Of a DNA stretch of 64,000 bases, positions 54,761 to 64,000 are shown in pieces. The DNA comes from Chloroflexota bacterium (GTDB taxonomy: Bacteria; Chloroflexota; Dehalococcoidia; UBA2979). The stretch lies in the NCBI GenBank assembly GCA_947472995.1, contig CANJBO010000001.1, positions 140,361-204,360 on the forward strand, written 5' to 3'. Position numbers and translations under genes: made by a program. Positions within the stretch are counted from its first letter, which is position 1; each line of letters begins with the position of its first letter. The notes beneath the pieces were generated by a model. It ran no database searches. It saw only the letters and a program-made list of their open reading frames with translations, and was not told the DNA's origin.

Positions 54761-54831
54761 GGAGCCGGACCTTCGCGACGCGGGGCACCGCCCTCGTGCT
54801 CACGAGCGCGGGTTCGATCTGCAGGGGAGTT

Positions 54832-54899
54832 TGAGGGGGCTGCGCCCCCTCATTTCTTTCACCCCTCCCGCGCCGGGAGGGGCAGGGGTGGGCCACCCC
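54832..54899. repeat. Composite GC-rich palindromic element, family 2 (copy 2, left flank of rnpB)
   Basis: Hairpin gagggggc-tgc-gccccctc plus the core cccctcccgcgccgggaggggcaggggtgggccacccc. Positions 54862-54899 are the inverted complement (37/38) of 55441-55478. Confidence 0.85.
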
Positions 54900-54974
54900 G
54901 CTCGATCACCTCGAACGAGGCTCGCGCACCTCGACCGCGGGGTCGAGCGCATCCTCTTCGTCATTGAGTTGGGC

Positions 54975-55360
54975 AGCCAGGGGGCCTGTAAGCCGAATTC
55001 TGTGCCGCTGCCTCGTGCCCACGAGGCAGCGGTGACGGTCATCCATCTAGGACGGCAGTTGCCCACCGCCTCCAGCGATCTACCCGGGAACGGGGCCGGA
55101 CACCCCTCGCGTTCCCCTATTTGACCTTGCTCCGGGTGGGGTTTTCCTCGGCCGCCACGTCACCGTGACGCCGGTGCGCTCTTACCGCACCATTTCGCCC
55201 TTACCTGGCCGCTCCGAGGAGCAGCCCGGCGGTATGTTTCTGTGGCACTGTCCGTCGGCTCGCGCCGCCCGGCCGTTAGCCGGCACCCTGTCCGGTGGAG
55301 TTCGGACTTTCCTCCCGCCCCTCCCGAAGGAGGTGCCGGCGACCGTCCAGCCCCCTGACC
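54975..55360 (-). ncRNA. rnpB: RNase P RNA, bacterial type A (about 386 nt)
   Basis: The minus strand carries the universal blocks GGGAGGAAAGTCCGAACTCCACCGGACAGGGTGCCGGCTAACGGCC, CAGGTAAGGGCGAAATGGTGCGGTAAGAGCGCACC, CCACCCGGAGCAAGGTCAAATAGGGG, CCCGGGTAGATCGC and ACAGAATTCGGCTTACAGG. P1 pairs GGTCAGGGGGCTGG with CAGGCCCCCTGGCT. Confidence 0.93.
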
Positions 55361-55366
55361 ACCACC

Positions 55367-55372
55367 ATCGTA
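55367..55372 (-). promoter_or_regulatory. Candidate -10 box TACGAT, 6 nt upstream of the predicted rnpB 5' end
   Basis: The minus strand reads TACGAT-ggtggt-GGTCAGGGGG. Confidence 0.4.
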
Positions 55373-55440
55373 GGGCACGACCCTCGCCGCGCACGAGGAG
55401 CGACGGCCATCGCCGTCGAGTTCTGTTCGAGGTGCGAAGC

Positions 55441-55507
55441 GGGGCGGCCCACCCCTGCCCCTCCCGGCGCGGGAGGGGTTCTGATTCGAAGGGCTTCGCC
55501 CTTCGAG
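55441..55507. repeat. Composite GC-rich palindromic element, family 2 (copy 3, right flank of rnpB)
   Basis: ggggcggcccacccctgcccctcccggcgcgggagggg plus spacer ttctgatt plus hairpin cgaagggc-ttc-gcccttcg. It is inverted relative to copy 2 and in the same orientation as copy 1. Confidence 0.85.
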
Positions 55508-55604
55508 CATCCCGGATTCAGAGCGGGCAACGCGCTGATAGGTGCGCCCCATCGGGAGAACCCCTCGCTGCGGCCTCGACCGACGGCGGCGCGCAGGCTC
55601 TCGG

Positions 55605-56936
55605 CTACCGCTGGCGCGCGACGCGGACGGCGTCGTCGGTGACGACGACCTCGGCGACGGCGTGCTGGAGGAGCGCGCGGCGGTCGTCGAAGGCGAGGTC
55701 GTCCCACTCGTCGAGGAGGCGTGTGCGGGCCTCCTCGGGTGCCACGGGGTCGCTCGACTCGAACGCCGCGGCGGCCTCCATCCCCAGCTGCTCCAGTACG
55801 ATCGGCGCGGCGCGCCGCACGAGATCGGCGTCCGTCCACTGCCCGGCGGCGCGGCGCTCCAGCATGTGGTCCAGCGTGCGGTCGAGGGCGGCGCGGCGCG
55901 CCTCGTGGGTGTTCGCCTCGCGCGTGTGGACCGCGACCGGCGCGGGCCCGGTCGACCTGGACAGCTCGACGAGCACCGCAGCCTCGAGGGCCTCGGCACG
56001 GCGGGTGTGGTAGGCGCAGCGGCCCTCGTTCGTCGCGGACTGGCAGCGGTAGTACGAGTACTCGACGACCTCGGCGCCCTCGCCGGGGCGGCGCGCCCCG
56101 ATCATCGGGCCGCCGCAGTAGCCACAGCGGACGAGGCCGGACAGCAGGTACTCGCGCCGCTCCTGCGTTGCGGGCGCGGTCCGGCGGCTCGCCATGCGCC
56201 GCAGCACCTCGGCGTGCTGGCTCGCGGTGACGAGGGCGGCATGCGCGCGCGTCACCGTGACGCCGAGGCGGCGGTACAGCCCGGTGTAGGCGGCGTTGCG
56301 CAGGACGTTGCGCACGGCGCCGGCCGTCCACGCCCGCCCGGTGCGCGTCAGGATGCCCTCGTCGTTCAGGCGCTTCGCGATCTTGCGCACGCCCTCGTCC
56401 TCCTCGAGGTACATCGCGAACACGCGCTTCACGGTCGCCGCCTCGCGCGGGTCGGGCACCAGCTGGCGCTCCGAGACGGCGTAGCCGAACGGTGCGCGGC
56501 CGAGGACCTCGCCCCGCAGCGCGCGGCGACGCATGCCCTCGCGGGCGCGCTCGCGGCGACGCTCCTCCGGGCCGCGCTCGGCCCACGCGGCGACCAGGGC
56601 GTCGCCGGGCGCGCGGCCGTCCGCGAGGCGCAGGGGAATGTGCAGCGCGGCGAGCTGGAGGATGCGTCGCGCCCGGTCGCGGACGCGGTCACCGAAGACC
56701 ATCGCGGTGGCTGCGATCACCTCCATGCCCGGCGTGGTGCGGAGCGTGTCGACCATCTCGAGGAAGGCGCGGCCGCCGGTGGAATCGGGCTCCTCGAAGG
56801 CGGCGACCTCGGTCAGGTGCTCGCCCCGGCAGGCAGCGGCAATCGCGAGCCGCTGCACGGCGACGTCGAGGGGCGGGTCGCCGGCGAGCGCCCGGAGGTA
56901 GGAGACGGCGGTGCGCTCGGTTGGTTCGCCGGTCAT
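55605..56936 (-). CDS. Large serine recombinase homolog (resolvase-like N-domain, recombinase domain, zinc ribbon), apparently lacking the catalytic Ser
   Basis: Recombinase-domain pattern APFGYAV...EAATVKRVFAMYLEEDEGVRKIAKRLNDEGILTRTGRAWTAGAVRNVLRNAAYTG and zinc ribbon LVRCGYCGGPM...YYRC. The N-terminal motif reads YLRALAGD where YxRVS(T/S) is expected. Start at ATG 56936. Confidence 0.75.
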   Translation of the reverse strand: MTGEPTERTAVSYLRALAGDPPLDVAVQRLAIAAACRGEHLTEVAAFEEPDSTGGRAFLEMVDTLRTTPGMEVIAATAMVFGDRVRDRARRILQLAALHIPLRLADGRAPGDALVAAWAERGPEERRRERAREGMRRRALRGEVLGRAPFGYAVSERQLVPDPREAATVKRVFAMYLEEDEGVRKIAKRLNDEGILTRTGRAWTAGAVRNVLRNAAYTGLYRRLGVTVTRAHAALVTASQHAEVLRRMASRRTAPATQERREYLLSGLVRCGYCGGPMIGARRPGEGAEVVEYSYYRCQSATNEGRCAYHTRRAEALEAAVLVELSRSTGPAPVAVHTREANTHEARRAALDRTLDHMLERRAAGQWTDADLVRRAAPIVLEQLGMEAAAAFESSDPVAPEEARTRLLDEWDDLAFDDRRALLQHAVAEVVVTDDAVRVARQR

Positions 56937-57031
56937 GCGAGCAGGATACCCCGGCGCGACAGCGGCTCGCCGTCGCCCGCGCGGCAGCCGCATCGAGGCA
57001 GCGTGAGGGCGCGCGGGCCGTTGTACGATGG

Positions 57032-57622
57032 ATGTTCACCCTCCCACCCACGCCCCCCGGAGCCTCCCCCGTGCTCATCAACGTCTCGACCCTGCTCCAG
57101 GAGCCCCTCGGCCACGCGCGCCGGTACGAGGTGGACGGCGAGCCGGTGTCCGTCCCCGACGCCGGCTACGAGCAGGAGATCAGCGGCTCGCTGCGCCTGA
57201 TCCGCAGCGAGCGCGGCGTCCTCGTCATGGCGGAGCTGGACCTCGCTCCGGTGGACGTGCTGTGCAGCCGGTGCCTGGAGCTGTTCGAAACGCCCGTCTC
57301 GGTGCAGTTCGACGAGGAGTACGTCCTCGATCACGACCCCGTCACCGGGCGGCGCGTCGAGGTCGAGGCGGATGACTTCAGGATTGACCGGCAGCGGCAT
57401 CTCGACCTCAGCGAGGCAGTGAGGCAATATGAGGAGTCGGCACTGCCGCTCCGTCCGCTCTGCCGGACGGATTGCCGGGGCCTCTGCCCGAACTGCGGGC
57501 ACAACCTGAACACCGGACCGTGCGGCTGTGCCGCCGCCGCGAATGATGACCGCTGGAGCACGCTCTCTGCCTTGCAGAAGCGGCTCGGCACGGAGGATGG
57601 CGATGGCGCTCCCGAAGCGTAG
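57032..57622 (+). CDS. yceD: YceD/DUF177 family ribosome-associated protein
   Basis: C-terminal CRTDCRGLCPNCGHNLNTGPCGC. It lies immediately upstream of rpmF. Alternative GTG start at 57071. Confidence 0.85.
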   Translation: MFTLPPTPPGASPVLINVSTLLQEPLGHARRYEVDGEPVSVPDAGYEQEISGSLRLIRSERGVLVMAELDLAPVDVLCSRCLELFETPVSVQFDEEYVLDHDPVTGRRVEVEADDFRIDRQRHLDLSEAVRQYEESALPLRPLCRTDCRGLCPNCGHNLNTGPCGCAAAANDDRWSTLSALQKRLGTEDGDGAPEA

Positions 57623-57776
57623 GACCCCGACCGCGAAGCAGGGCTCGCGCCGCAGCCACCACCGCGTGGCCGTGCCGAACATCGTGAAGGACCCGGCGAC
57701 GGGCGGCTTCAAGATCAACCACACCGCGGGCGGCGCTCGCGACCACAAGGGTCGCCCGATCGAGCGCGAGGCGTAG
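57603..57776 (+). CDS. rpmF: 50S ribosomal protein L32
   Basis: MALPKRRTPTAKQGSRRSHH. 57 aa, a Cys-less variant. It overlaps the yceD 3' end by 20 nt. Confidence 0.9.
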   Translation: MALPKRRTPTAKQGSRRSHHRVAVPNIVKDPATGGFKINHTAGGARDHKGRPIEREA

Positions 57777-57792
57777 ACCGCCCGTCACCTCG

Positions 57793-58743
57793 ATGACCGA
57801 CCTCTCGTTCCTCGCCCGCCTGCCCGTGGCGGCCGACACCGCGTGGCTGTTCCCCGGCCAGGGGGCGCAGGCCGTCGGCATGGGCCGCGACCTCGCCGAG
57901 CAGGTGCCCGCCGCCCGCGCAATCTTCGACGCCGCCGACGCTGCGCTCGGCATCTCGCTGTCGTCGATCTGCTTCGACGGGCCCGAGGTAGACCTCACGC
58001 AGACCGTGAACACGCAGCCCGCGCTCGTGGTGCACGCAATCGCAGCGCTCGTCGCCGCCGTCGAGTCCGGCGCGATCACGCACCGCCCCGCCTTCGTCGC
58101 CGGGCACTCACTGGGCGAGTACGCCGCGCTGATCGCCGCCAACGCCGTGCCCTTCGAGGACGGCGTGCGCCTCGTGCGCGAGCGCGGCCGCCTGATGCAG
58201 GCGGCCTGCGACGCCGAGCGCGGCACGATGGCCGCCGTGCTGGGTATGGAGCCCGACGCCGTGCGCGCGATCTGCGCCGAGCACGGCACCGCGATCTGCA
58301 ACATCAACGCCCCGGGCAACATGACGATCGGCGGCACGGTCGCCGCGGTCGAGGCAGCCTCGGCGGCGGCGGTCGCCGGCGGCGGCAAGGTGATCGCGCT
58401 CACCGTCTCCGGCGCGTTCCACACGCCGCTGATGCAGAGCGCCGCCGACGGGATGCGCGCCGTGCTCGCCGAGGCTGCGTTCGCCGCGCCCAGCGTGCCG
58501 GTGATCTCGAACGTGACGAGCCGGCCGCTGACCGACGCCTCCGCGTTCGCCGGCGAGCTGGTCGACCAGATCACCAGCCCGGTGCTGTGGGTCGACTCCG
58601 TGCGCGCGATGCATGCCGCCGGCGTGACGCAGGTGATCGAGTTCGGCCCCGGCCGCGTGCTCACCGCGCTGGTGAAGCGCATCGAGCGGGCGCTGGACAC
58701 ACGCAACATCGGCACGGTCGCCGACCTCGAGGTCACGGCGTGA
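57793..58743 (+). CDS. fabD: ACP S-malonyltransferase
   Basis: FPGQGAQ, GHSLGEY and SGAFHTPLM. Confidence 0.93.
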   Translation: MTDLSFLARLPVAADTAWLFPGQGAQAVGMGRDLAEQVPAARAIFDAADAALGISLSSICFDGPEVDLTQTVNTQPALVVHAIAALVAAVESGAITHRPAFVAGHSLGEYAALIAANAVPFEDGVRLVRERGRLMQAACDAERGTMAAVLGMEPDAVRAICAEHGTAICNINAPGNMTIGGTVAAVEAASAAAVAGGGKVIALTVSGAFHTPLMQSAADGMRAVLAEAAFAAPSVPVISNVTSRPLTDASAFAGELVDQITSPVLWVDSVRAMHAAGVTQVIEFGPGRVLTALVKRIERALDTRNIGTVADLEVTA

Positions 58744-59507
58744 CCACTGGCCCGCTCACAGGCCCCCTCGCCGGCAAGACCGCGCTCGTCACGGGCGCCG
58801 CGCGCGGCATCGGCCGCGCGATCGCGCTCGACCTCGCACGATCGGGCGCGAACGTCTTCCTGACGTACCGCGGCAGCCAGCAGCAGGCGGAGAGCGTCGC
58901 CGAGGAGGTCCGCGCGCTTGGCGTGGAGTGCCGCACGTCGCAGCTCGACGTCCGCACCGCCGCCGACGTCGACCGCGTCATCGCCGAGGTGAAGGACGCG
59001 TTCGGCGCCGTGCACATCCTCGTCAACAACGCCGGGATGACGGCCGACACGCTGGTCATGCGCATGTCGGAGGAGCAGTTCAACGACGTCGTCCAGACGA
59101 ACCTCGGCGGGACCTTCCTGATGTCGAAGGCGGTGATGCGCGACATGCTGCGCCAGCGCTGGGGCCGCATCATCAACATCACGTCGGTCGTCGGCCTCAC
59201 CGGGAACCCGGGACAGGCGAACTACGCCGCCGCGAAGGCGGGCATCATCGGCTTCACGAAGTCGCTCGCCCTCGAGGTTGCCTCGCGCGGGATCACGGTG
59301 AACGCGATCGCGCCGGGCTTCGTGCTGACGGACATGACGTCCGGGCTGACCGAGGAGCAGAAGCAGCTCATCCTGTCGCGCATCCCGCTGGGCCGCTACG
59401 CCGAGGCGGACGAGATCGCACCCCTCGTGACCTTCCTTGCCGGAGACGGCGCTTCCTACATCACAGGCCAGACGTATAACGTCGACGGTGGCCTGGTGAT
59501 GGCCTAA
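58740..59507 (+). CDS. fabG: 3-oxoacyl-ACP reductase
   Basis: VTGAARGIGRAIA, NNAG and YAAAKAG. GTG 58740 overlaps the fabD stop (GTGA). Confidence 0.9.
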   Translation: MTTGPLTGPLAGKTALVTGAARGIGRAIALDLARSGANVFLTYRGSQQQAESVAEEVRALGVECRTSQLDVRTAADVDRVIAEVKDAFGAVHILVNNAGMTADTLVMRMSEEQFNDVVQTNLGGTFLMSKAVMRDMLRQRWGRIINITSVVGLTGNPGQANYAAAKAGIIGFTKSLALEVASRGITVNAIAPGFVLTDMTSGLTEEQKQLILSRIPLGRYAEADEIAPLVTFLAGDGASYITGQTYNVDGGLVMA

Positions 59508-59526
59508 CTGGACGATTGGGCCGAAG

Positions 59527-60009
59527 ATGACACCCGCTATGACGACCCAATCCCGACGCCGCTCACGCATCGCCGCCTTCCAGGTGCTCTTCGAGGCCGA
59601 CATCACCGGTCGCCTCGTGCCGGAGGTGCTCGGCCGCCACCTGGCGGAGTCCACGCTCACCGCAGAGGCGCGCACGTTCACGAACGAGCTCGTGTACGGC
59701 GTGGGCCGCTACCTCGAGGACATCGACGACACGATCCGTCGCTACGCGTCGGCCTTCCCGCTGGAGGACATGGCCGCGGTCGATCGGAACGTGCTTCGCC
59801 TTGCAATCTACGAAGTGCTCTTCGATACTGGCCGCGCTCCGCTTCGCGTGGCTATCAACGAAGCGGTCGAGATTGCCAAGGGTTACGGATCAGAATCGTC
59901 CGGGCGCTTCGTGAATGGAGTGCTCGGAGCGGTGGCCCTCGAGGCCGCCGACCGTCGCGAGTCGCCAGAGCCCGAAGACGGGTCAACATCAACAGACCGA
60001 GAGGACTAA
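59527..60009 (+). CDS. nusB: Transcription antitermination factor NusB
   Basis: RIAAFQVLFEADI, VDRNVLRLAIYEVLF, INEAVEIAK and FVNGVLG. Confidence 0.9.
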   Translation: MTPAMTTQSRRRSRIAAFQVLFEADITGRLVPEVLGRHLAESTLTAEARTFTNELVYGVGRYLEDIDDTIRRYASAFPLEDMAAVDRNVLRLAIYEVLFDTGRAPLRVAINEAVEIAKGYGSESSGRFVNGVLGAVALEAADRRESPEPEDGSTSTDRED

Positions 60010-60012
60010 CCA

Positions 60013-60270
60013 GTGGCATCCACCTTTGAGCGCGTTCGTTCCCTGATCACCGAGCAGCTCGGCGTCGAGGAGGACGAGGTGACGATGAACGCGTCGTTCG
60101 TCGATGACCTCAACGCGGACTCGCTCGACCTCGTCGAGTTGATCATGTCGATCGAGGAGGAGTTCTCGAAGGACGGCAAGCAGCTGGAGATCTCCGACGA
60201 CGAAGCGGAGAAGATCCGCAACGTCCAGGACGCGATCGACTACCTGCGCGACAACGGCATCGAGGACTAA
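60013..60270 (+). CDS. acpP: Acyl carrier protein
   Basis: [20 protein letters not shown] (phosphopantetheine Ser in DSLD). 85 aa. GTG start. Confidence 0.93.
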   Translation: MASTFERVRSLITEQLGVEEDEVTMNASFVDDLNADSLDLVELIMSIEEEFSKDGKQLEISDDEAEKIRNVQDAIDYLRDNGIED

Positions 60271-60313
60271 GAACCACCCCGCGCGCCGCGGCAGCGACGA
60301 GCGTGAACATCGA

Positions 60314-60347
60314 ACGCCCCGGCAGTCTGCCCGACTGTCCGGGGCGT
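60314..60347 (+). terminator. Hairpin terminator candidate after acpP
   Basis: acgccccggcagtc-tgcc-gactgtccggggcgt, followed by atcaTTTact. Confidence 0.55.
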
Positions 60348-60360
60348 ATCATTTACTGAT

Positions 60361-60885
60361 ATGGAACTCTTCGGCGTCGGCCTTCCCGAAATTGGGATCG
60401 TGCTGCTGATCGCACTCGTGATCGTCGGCCCGCAACGCTTCCCCGAGGTGGCGCGACAGGTCGCGCGCTGGATCAACACCGCGCGCTCGTTCAGCGACAG
60501 CGTGATGGCCGACCTGCGCTCCGCCGTGGACGAGCTGGAGCAGGAAGTCACCGCCCAGAACGACGGCGTGAACCCGATCAAGGAGATCCGGTCGCTCCGC
60601 GACGAGCTGACCGGCGTCCACCAGAACGCGACCGCCGCCGTCGCCGACGCGACCTCGTTCCCGTCGCTCAACGCACCGTCCGAGGCAGCCGGAGACTCGA
60701 CGGCGCTGCGCGAGCTGGTCGCGGGCGACGACCCCGCCGGCGGCACGATCATCGACGACACCGGCAGCGTCGACACGGGCAGCGACGACACGGGCAGCGA
60801 CGACACCGTTGCGCCGGAGCCCGCCGTCGAGGAGACACCCGCCGGTGAGCCGCGCGCGGCCGAGGAGCGGACGGCGACCTCATGA
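60361..60885 (+). CDS. tatB: Sec-independent (Tat) translocase component, TatB-like
   Basis: N-terminal TM plus amphipathic helix GIVLLIALVIVGPQRFPEVARQVARWI. Acidic repeat tail (DTGSDDTGSDDT). Confidence 0.8.
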   Translation: MELFGVGLPEIGIVLLIALVIVGPQRFPEVARQVARWINTARSFSDSVMADLRSAVDELEQEVTAQNDGVNPIKEIRSLRDELTGVHQNATAAVADATSFPSLNAPSEAAGDSTALRELVAGDDPAGGTIIDDTGSVDTGSDDTGSDDTVAPEPAVEETPAGEPRAAEERTATS

Positions 60886-61655
60886 CGACCACGCTGCTCG
60901 GCCCCGACGGCACCCCGATCACGGAGCAGGAGGTCGAGGGCGGCGAGATGACGCTCCTCGAGCACCTGCTCGAGCTGCGCTACCGCGTGATGTGGATGGC
61001 CGTCTCGGTCGTCGCCGGCATGGTGGTGTTCTTCGTTCCGAGCGTCGGCTTCCGCGTCATCGAGCTGCTGCTGGCGCCGGCGCGGGCCTCGATCCCCGAC
61101 TTCCGGCCGCAGTACATCGAGCCGATGGAGAACATCGCGGCGTTCTTCCAGGTCGCGCTCCTCGGCGGGCTGACCGTGTCGATGCCGTTCGTCGTCTACC
61201 ACGCCCTGCGGTTCGTGACGCCGGCGCTGACGAGGAACGAGAAGAAGTGGGTCTTCCCGATCGTCTTCGGGGCGACGCTCGCGTTCCTCGGCGGCGTCTC
61301 GTTCGGCTACTTCTTCATCCTGCCCGTCACGTTGAACTTCCTCCTGACCTTCGGCAGCTCGGTTGCCGAGGCCGACTGGCGCATCGGCAACTACATCGAC
61401 TTCGTGACCCGGATGCTGGGCGTGATGGGGCTCGTCTTCGAGACGCCCCTCCTCGTCATGGCGCTCGCGAAGTTCGGGGTGGTGCGCGCCAGCCAGCTGT
61501 GGAAGTTCTGGCGCTACGCCGTGATCATCGCCTTCGTGATCGCGGCCGTGGTCACGCCGACCATCGACCCGGTGACGCAGACGCTGGTCGGCGGCCCGAT
61601 CGTCATCCTGTACTTCGTCGGCATCGGCCTCGCCTGGCTCGTGCGGCGCGAGTAG
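60882..61655 (+). CDS. tatC: Twin-arginine translocase subunit TatC
   Basis: MTLLEHLLELRYR plus six predicted TM segments. ATGA overlap with tatB. Confidence 0.92.
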   Translation: MTTTLLGPDGTPITEQEVEGGEMTLLEHLLELRYRVMWMAVSVVAGMVVFFVPSVGFRVIELLLAPARASIPDFRPQYIEPMENIAAFFQVALLGGLTVSMPFVVYHALRFVTPALTRNEKKWVFPIVFGATLAFLGGVSFGYFFILPVTLNFLLTFGSSVAEADWRIGNYIDFVTRMLGVMGLVFETPLLVMALAKFGVVRASQLWKFWRYAVIIAFVIAAVVTPTIDPVTQTLVGGPIVILYFVGIGLAWLVRRE

Positions 61656-61697
61656 TCCGCGGGATGTTCGAGGTGAGAATGATCACCTGCGTATACA

Positions 61698-61726
61698 TTG
61701 AAACCAATTCCGGGCGATGCTACGCT
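61698..61726 (+). promoter_or_regulatory. Candidate promoter TTGAAA-17-TACGCT giving a leaderless mRNA for the UDG gene
   Basis: -35 at 61698-61703 (this TTG is the start used by the ORF track) and -10 at 61721-61726. ATG 61734 lies 7 nt downstream with no RBS. Confidence 0.45.
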
Positions 61727-61733
61727 CGTTCCT

Positions 61734-62431
61734 ATGTCACGCACCCCCGTCGAGGCCCTCGCACCCGCCCCGCGCCCCAGCGTGCGCCGTACCTCGCCTG
61801 CCGAGACGGCGGCCGGGATGCCTGACGCGCGCGCCTCGGCGCCGCCCGCGCTGCGGCCGCTCTACGCGGTCCCCGCGCCGTTCACGACCCTGTACGAGGA
61901 GATCGCCGACTGCCCGCGCTGCGAGCTCGCGCGCACCCGGACGCACACCGTGCCCGGCAGCGGCCCCGCCCCCTGCGACCTGATGTTCATCGGCGAGGGC
62001 CCCGGCCAGCGCGAGGACGAGCTGGGGCTGCCCTTCGTGGGCCGCTCCGGCCAGTTCCTCGACGAGCTGCTCGCCTCGATCGGCCGCGCGCGCACCGACG
62101 TTTATGTCACGAACGTCGTGAAGTGCCGCCCGCCCGGCAACCGCGACCCGCAGCCCGACGAGATCGCCGCGTGCTCCGACTACCTCGACCGCCAGATCGC
62201 GGGCGTGCAGCCGCGCGTGGTCGCGACCCTCGGCCGGTTCTCGATGGCGCGCTGGTTCCCCGGCGAGCGCATCAGCCAGATCCACGGCCGCGCCCGCACC
62301 ATCGACGGCCTCACGATCATCCCGATGTACCACCCGGCGGCAGCGTTGCGTGACGGCTCGCTGCGCGCGGTGATGCGGCAGGACTTCGCCCAGATCCCCG
62401 ACCTGCTCAACGCATCACCCGGAGCGACCTC

Positions 62432-62435
<4 letters not shown>
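61734..62435 (+). CDS. Uracil-DNA glycosylase, family 4 (4Fe-4S type)
   Basis: CPRCELAR, MFIGEGPGQREDELGLPFVGRSGQ, VKCRPPGNRDP and HPAA. Confidence 0.88.

Positions 62436-64000
<1,565 letters not shown>

Noticed and set aside
54801-54830. tRNA-like T-loop motif gcgGGTTCGATCtgc preceded by a small hairpin ctcgtg-ctc-acgag. Considered as a possible tRNA gene or attachment-site remnant near the recombinase.
   Set aside because: The flanking bases do not form a T-stem (GCGGG has no CCCGC partner). There is no acceptor stem and no 7-nt anticodon loop, so no cloverleaf can be drawn.
55441-57031. Considered the recombinase as part of a prophage or integrative element using rnpB as its attachment site.
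   Set aside because: There are no other phage or mobile genes. The flanks are core genes (rnpB, yceD-rpmF). No direct repeat of an rnpB 3' segment is visible, and the protein seems to lack the catalytic Ser.
61698-61733. TTG 61698 as the start of the UDG gene (the ORF-track start).
   Set aside because: That TTG is part of a TTGAAA-17-TACGCT promoter-like arrangement. The 12 extra residues are not part of the family 4 UDG fold, and ATG 61734 sits at the expected leaderless distance.

Overview
About 70% GC bacterial chromosomal segment. The gene content (KorAB, archaeal-type ApgM, DapL-type aminotransferase, HisZ plus short HisG) fits a Chloroflexota/Thermomicrobia-like or deep actinobacterial lineage, but I cannot assign a species. 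The window is almost entirely core metabolism and is densely packed. Left to right: a partial RecB-like nuclease/SF1 helicase; an LLM oxidoreductase; smpB-ydeI-like-ssrA (tmRNA); an S41 protease; bcp plus a small AsnC-type protein; korAB; a PTPS/QueD-like gene; a three-gene operon of unknown function that converges on a giant FtsX permease with no ATPase gene; and a methyltransferase. A long minus-strand array follows (hflX, dapL-like, GNAT, dapF, miaA, tpiA, apgM, pgk, polyprenyl synthase, penicillin acylase, rpiB). Next come two lower-GC lipoprotein genes flanking tsaC, a guaA/pur cluster (purD, purB, purC, purS), a hicBA module, a his operon (hisZ-hisG-X-hisD-hisC-hisB-hisN), birA, a class III aminotransferase, murE, RNase P RNA, a serine-recombinase homolog, yceD-rpmF-fabD-fabG-nusB-acpP, tatB/tatC, a family 4 UDG and partial RNase J. 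Two RNA genes absent from the ORF track were read directly from the sequence: tmRNA and RNase P RNA. I found no CRISPR array, transposase, prophage or recognisable defence island. The most unusual observations are: (1) a promoter-to-terminator structured RNA upstream of a birA that lacks an HTH domain; (2) rnpB bracketed by 38-bp inverted repeats next to a serine-recombinase homolog that lacks the nucleophile Ser; (3) an internally duplicated HisG; (4) a His-codon-rich small ORF with its own promoter upstream of hisZ; (5) a frameshifted hicA; and (6) a recurrent TACGAT -10 box placed 6-7 nt from start codons, which suggests leaderless mRNAs. Most long ORFs in the six-frame track that lie antisense to or out of frame with these genes are GC-driven shadow ORFs.
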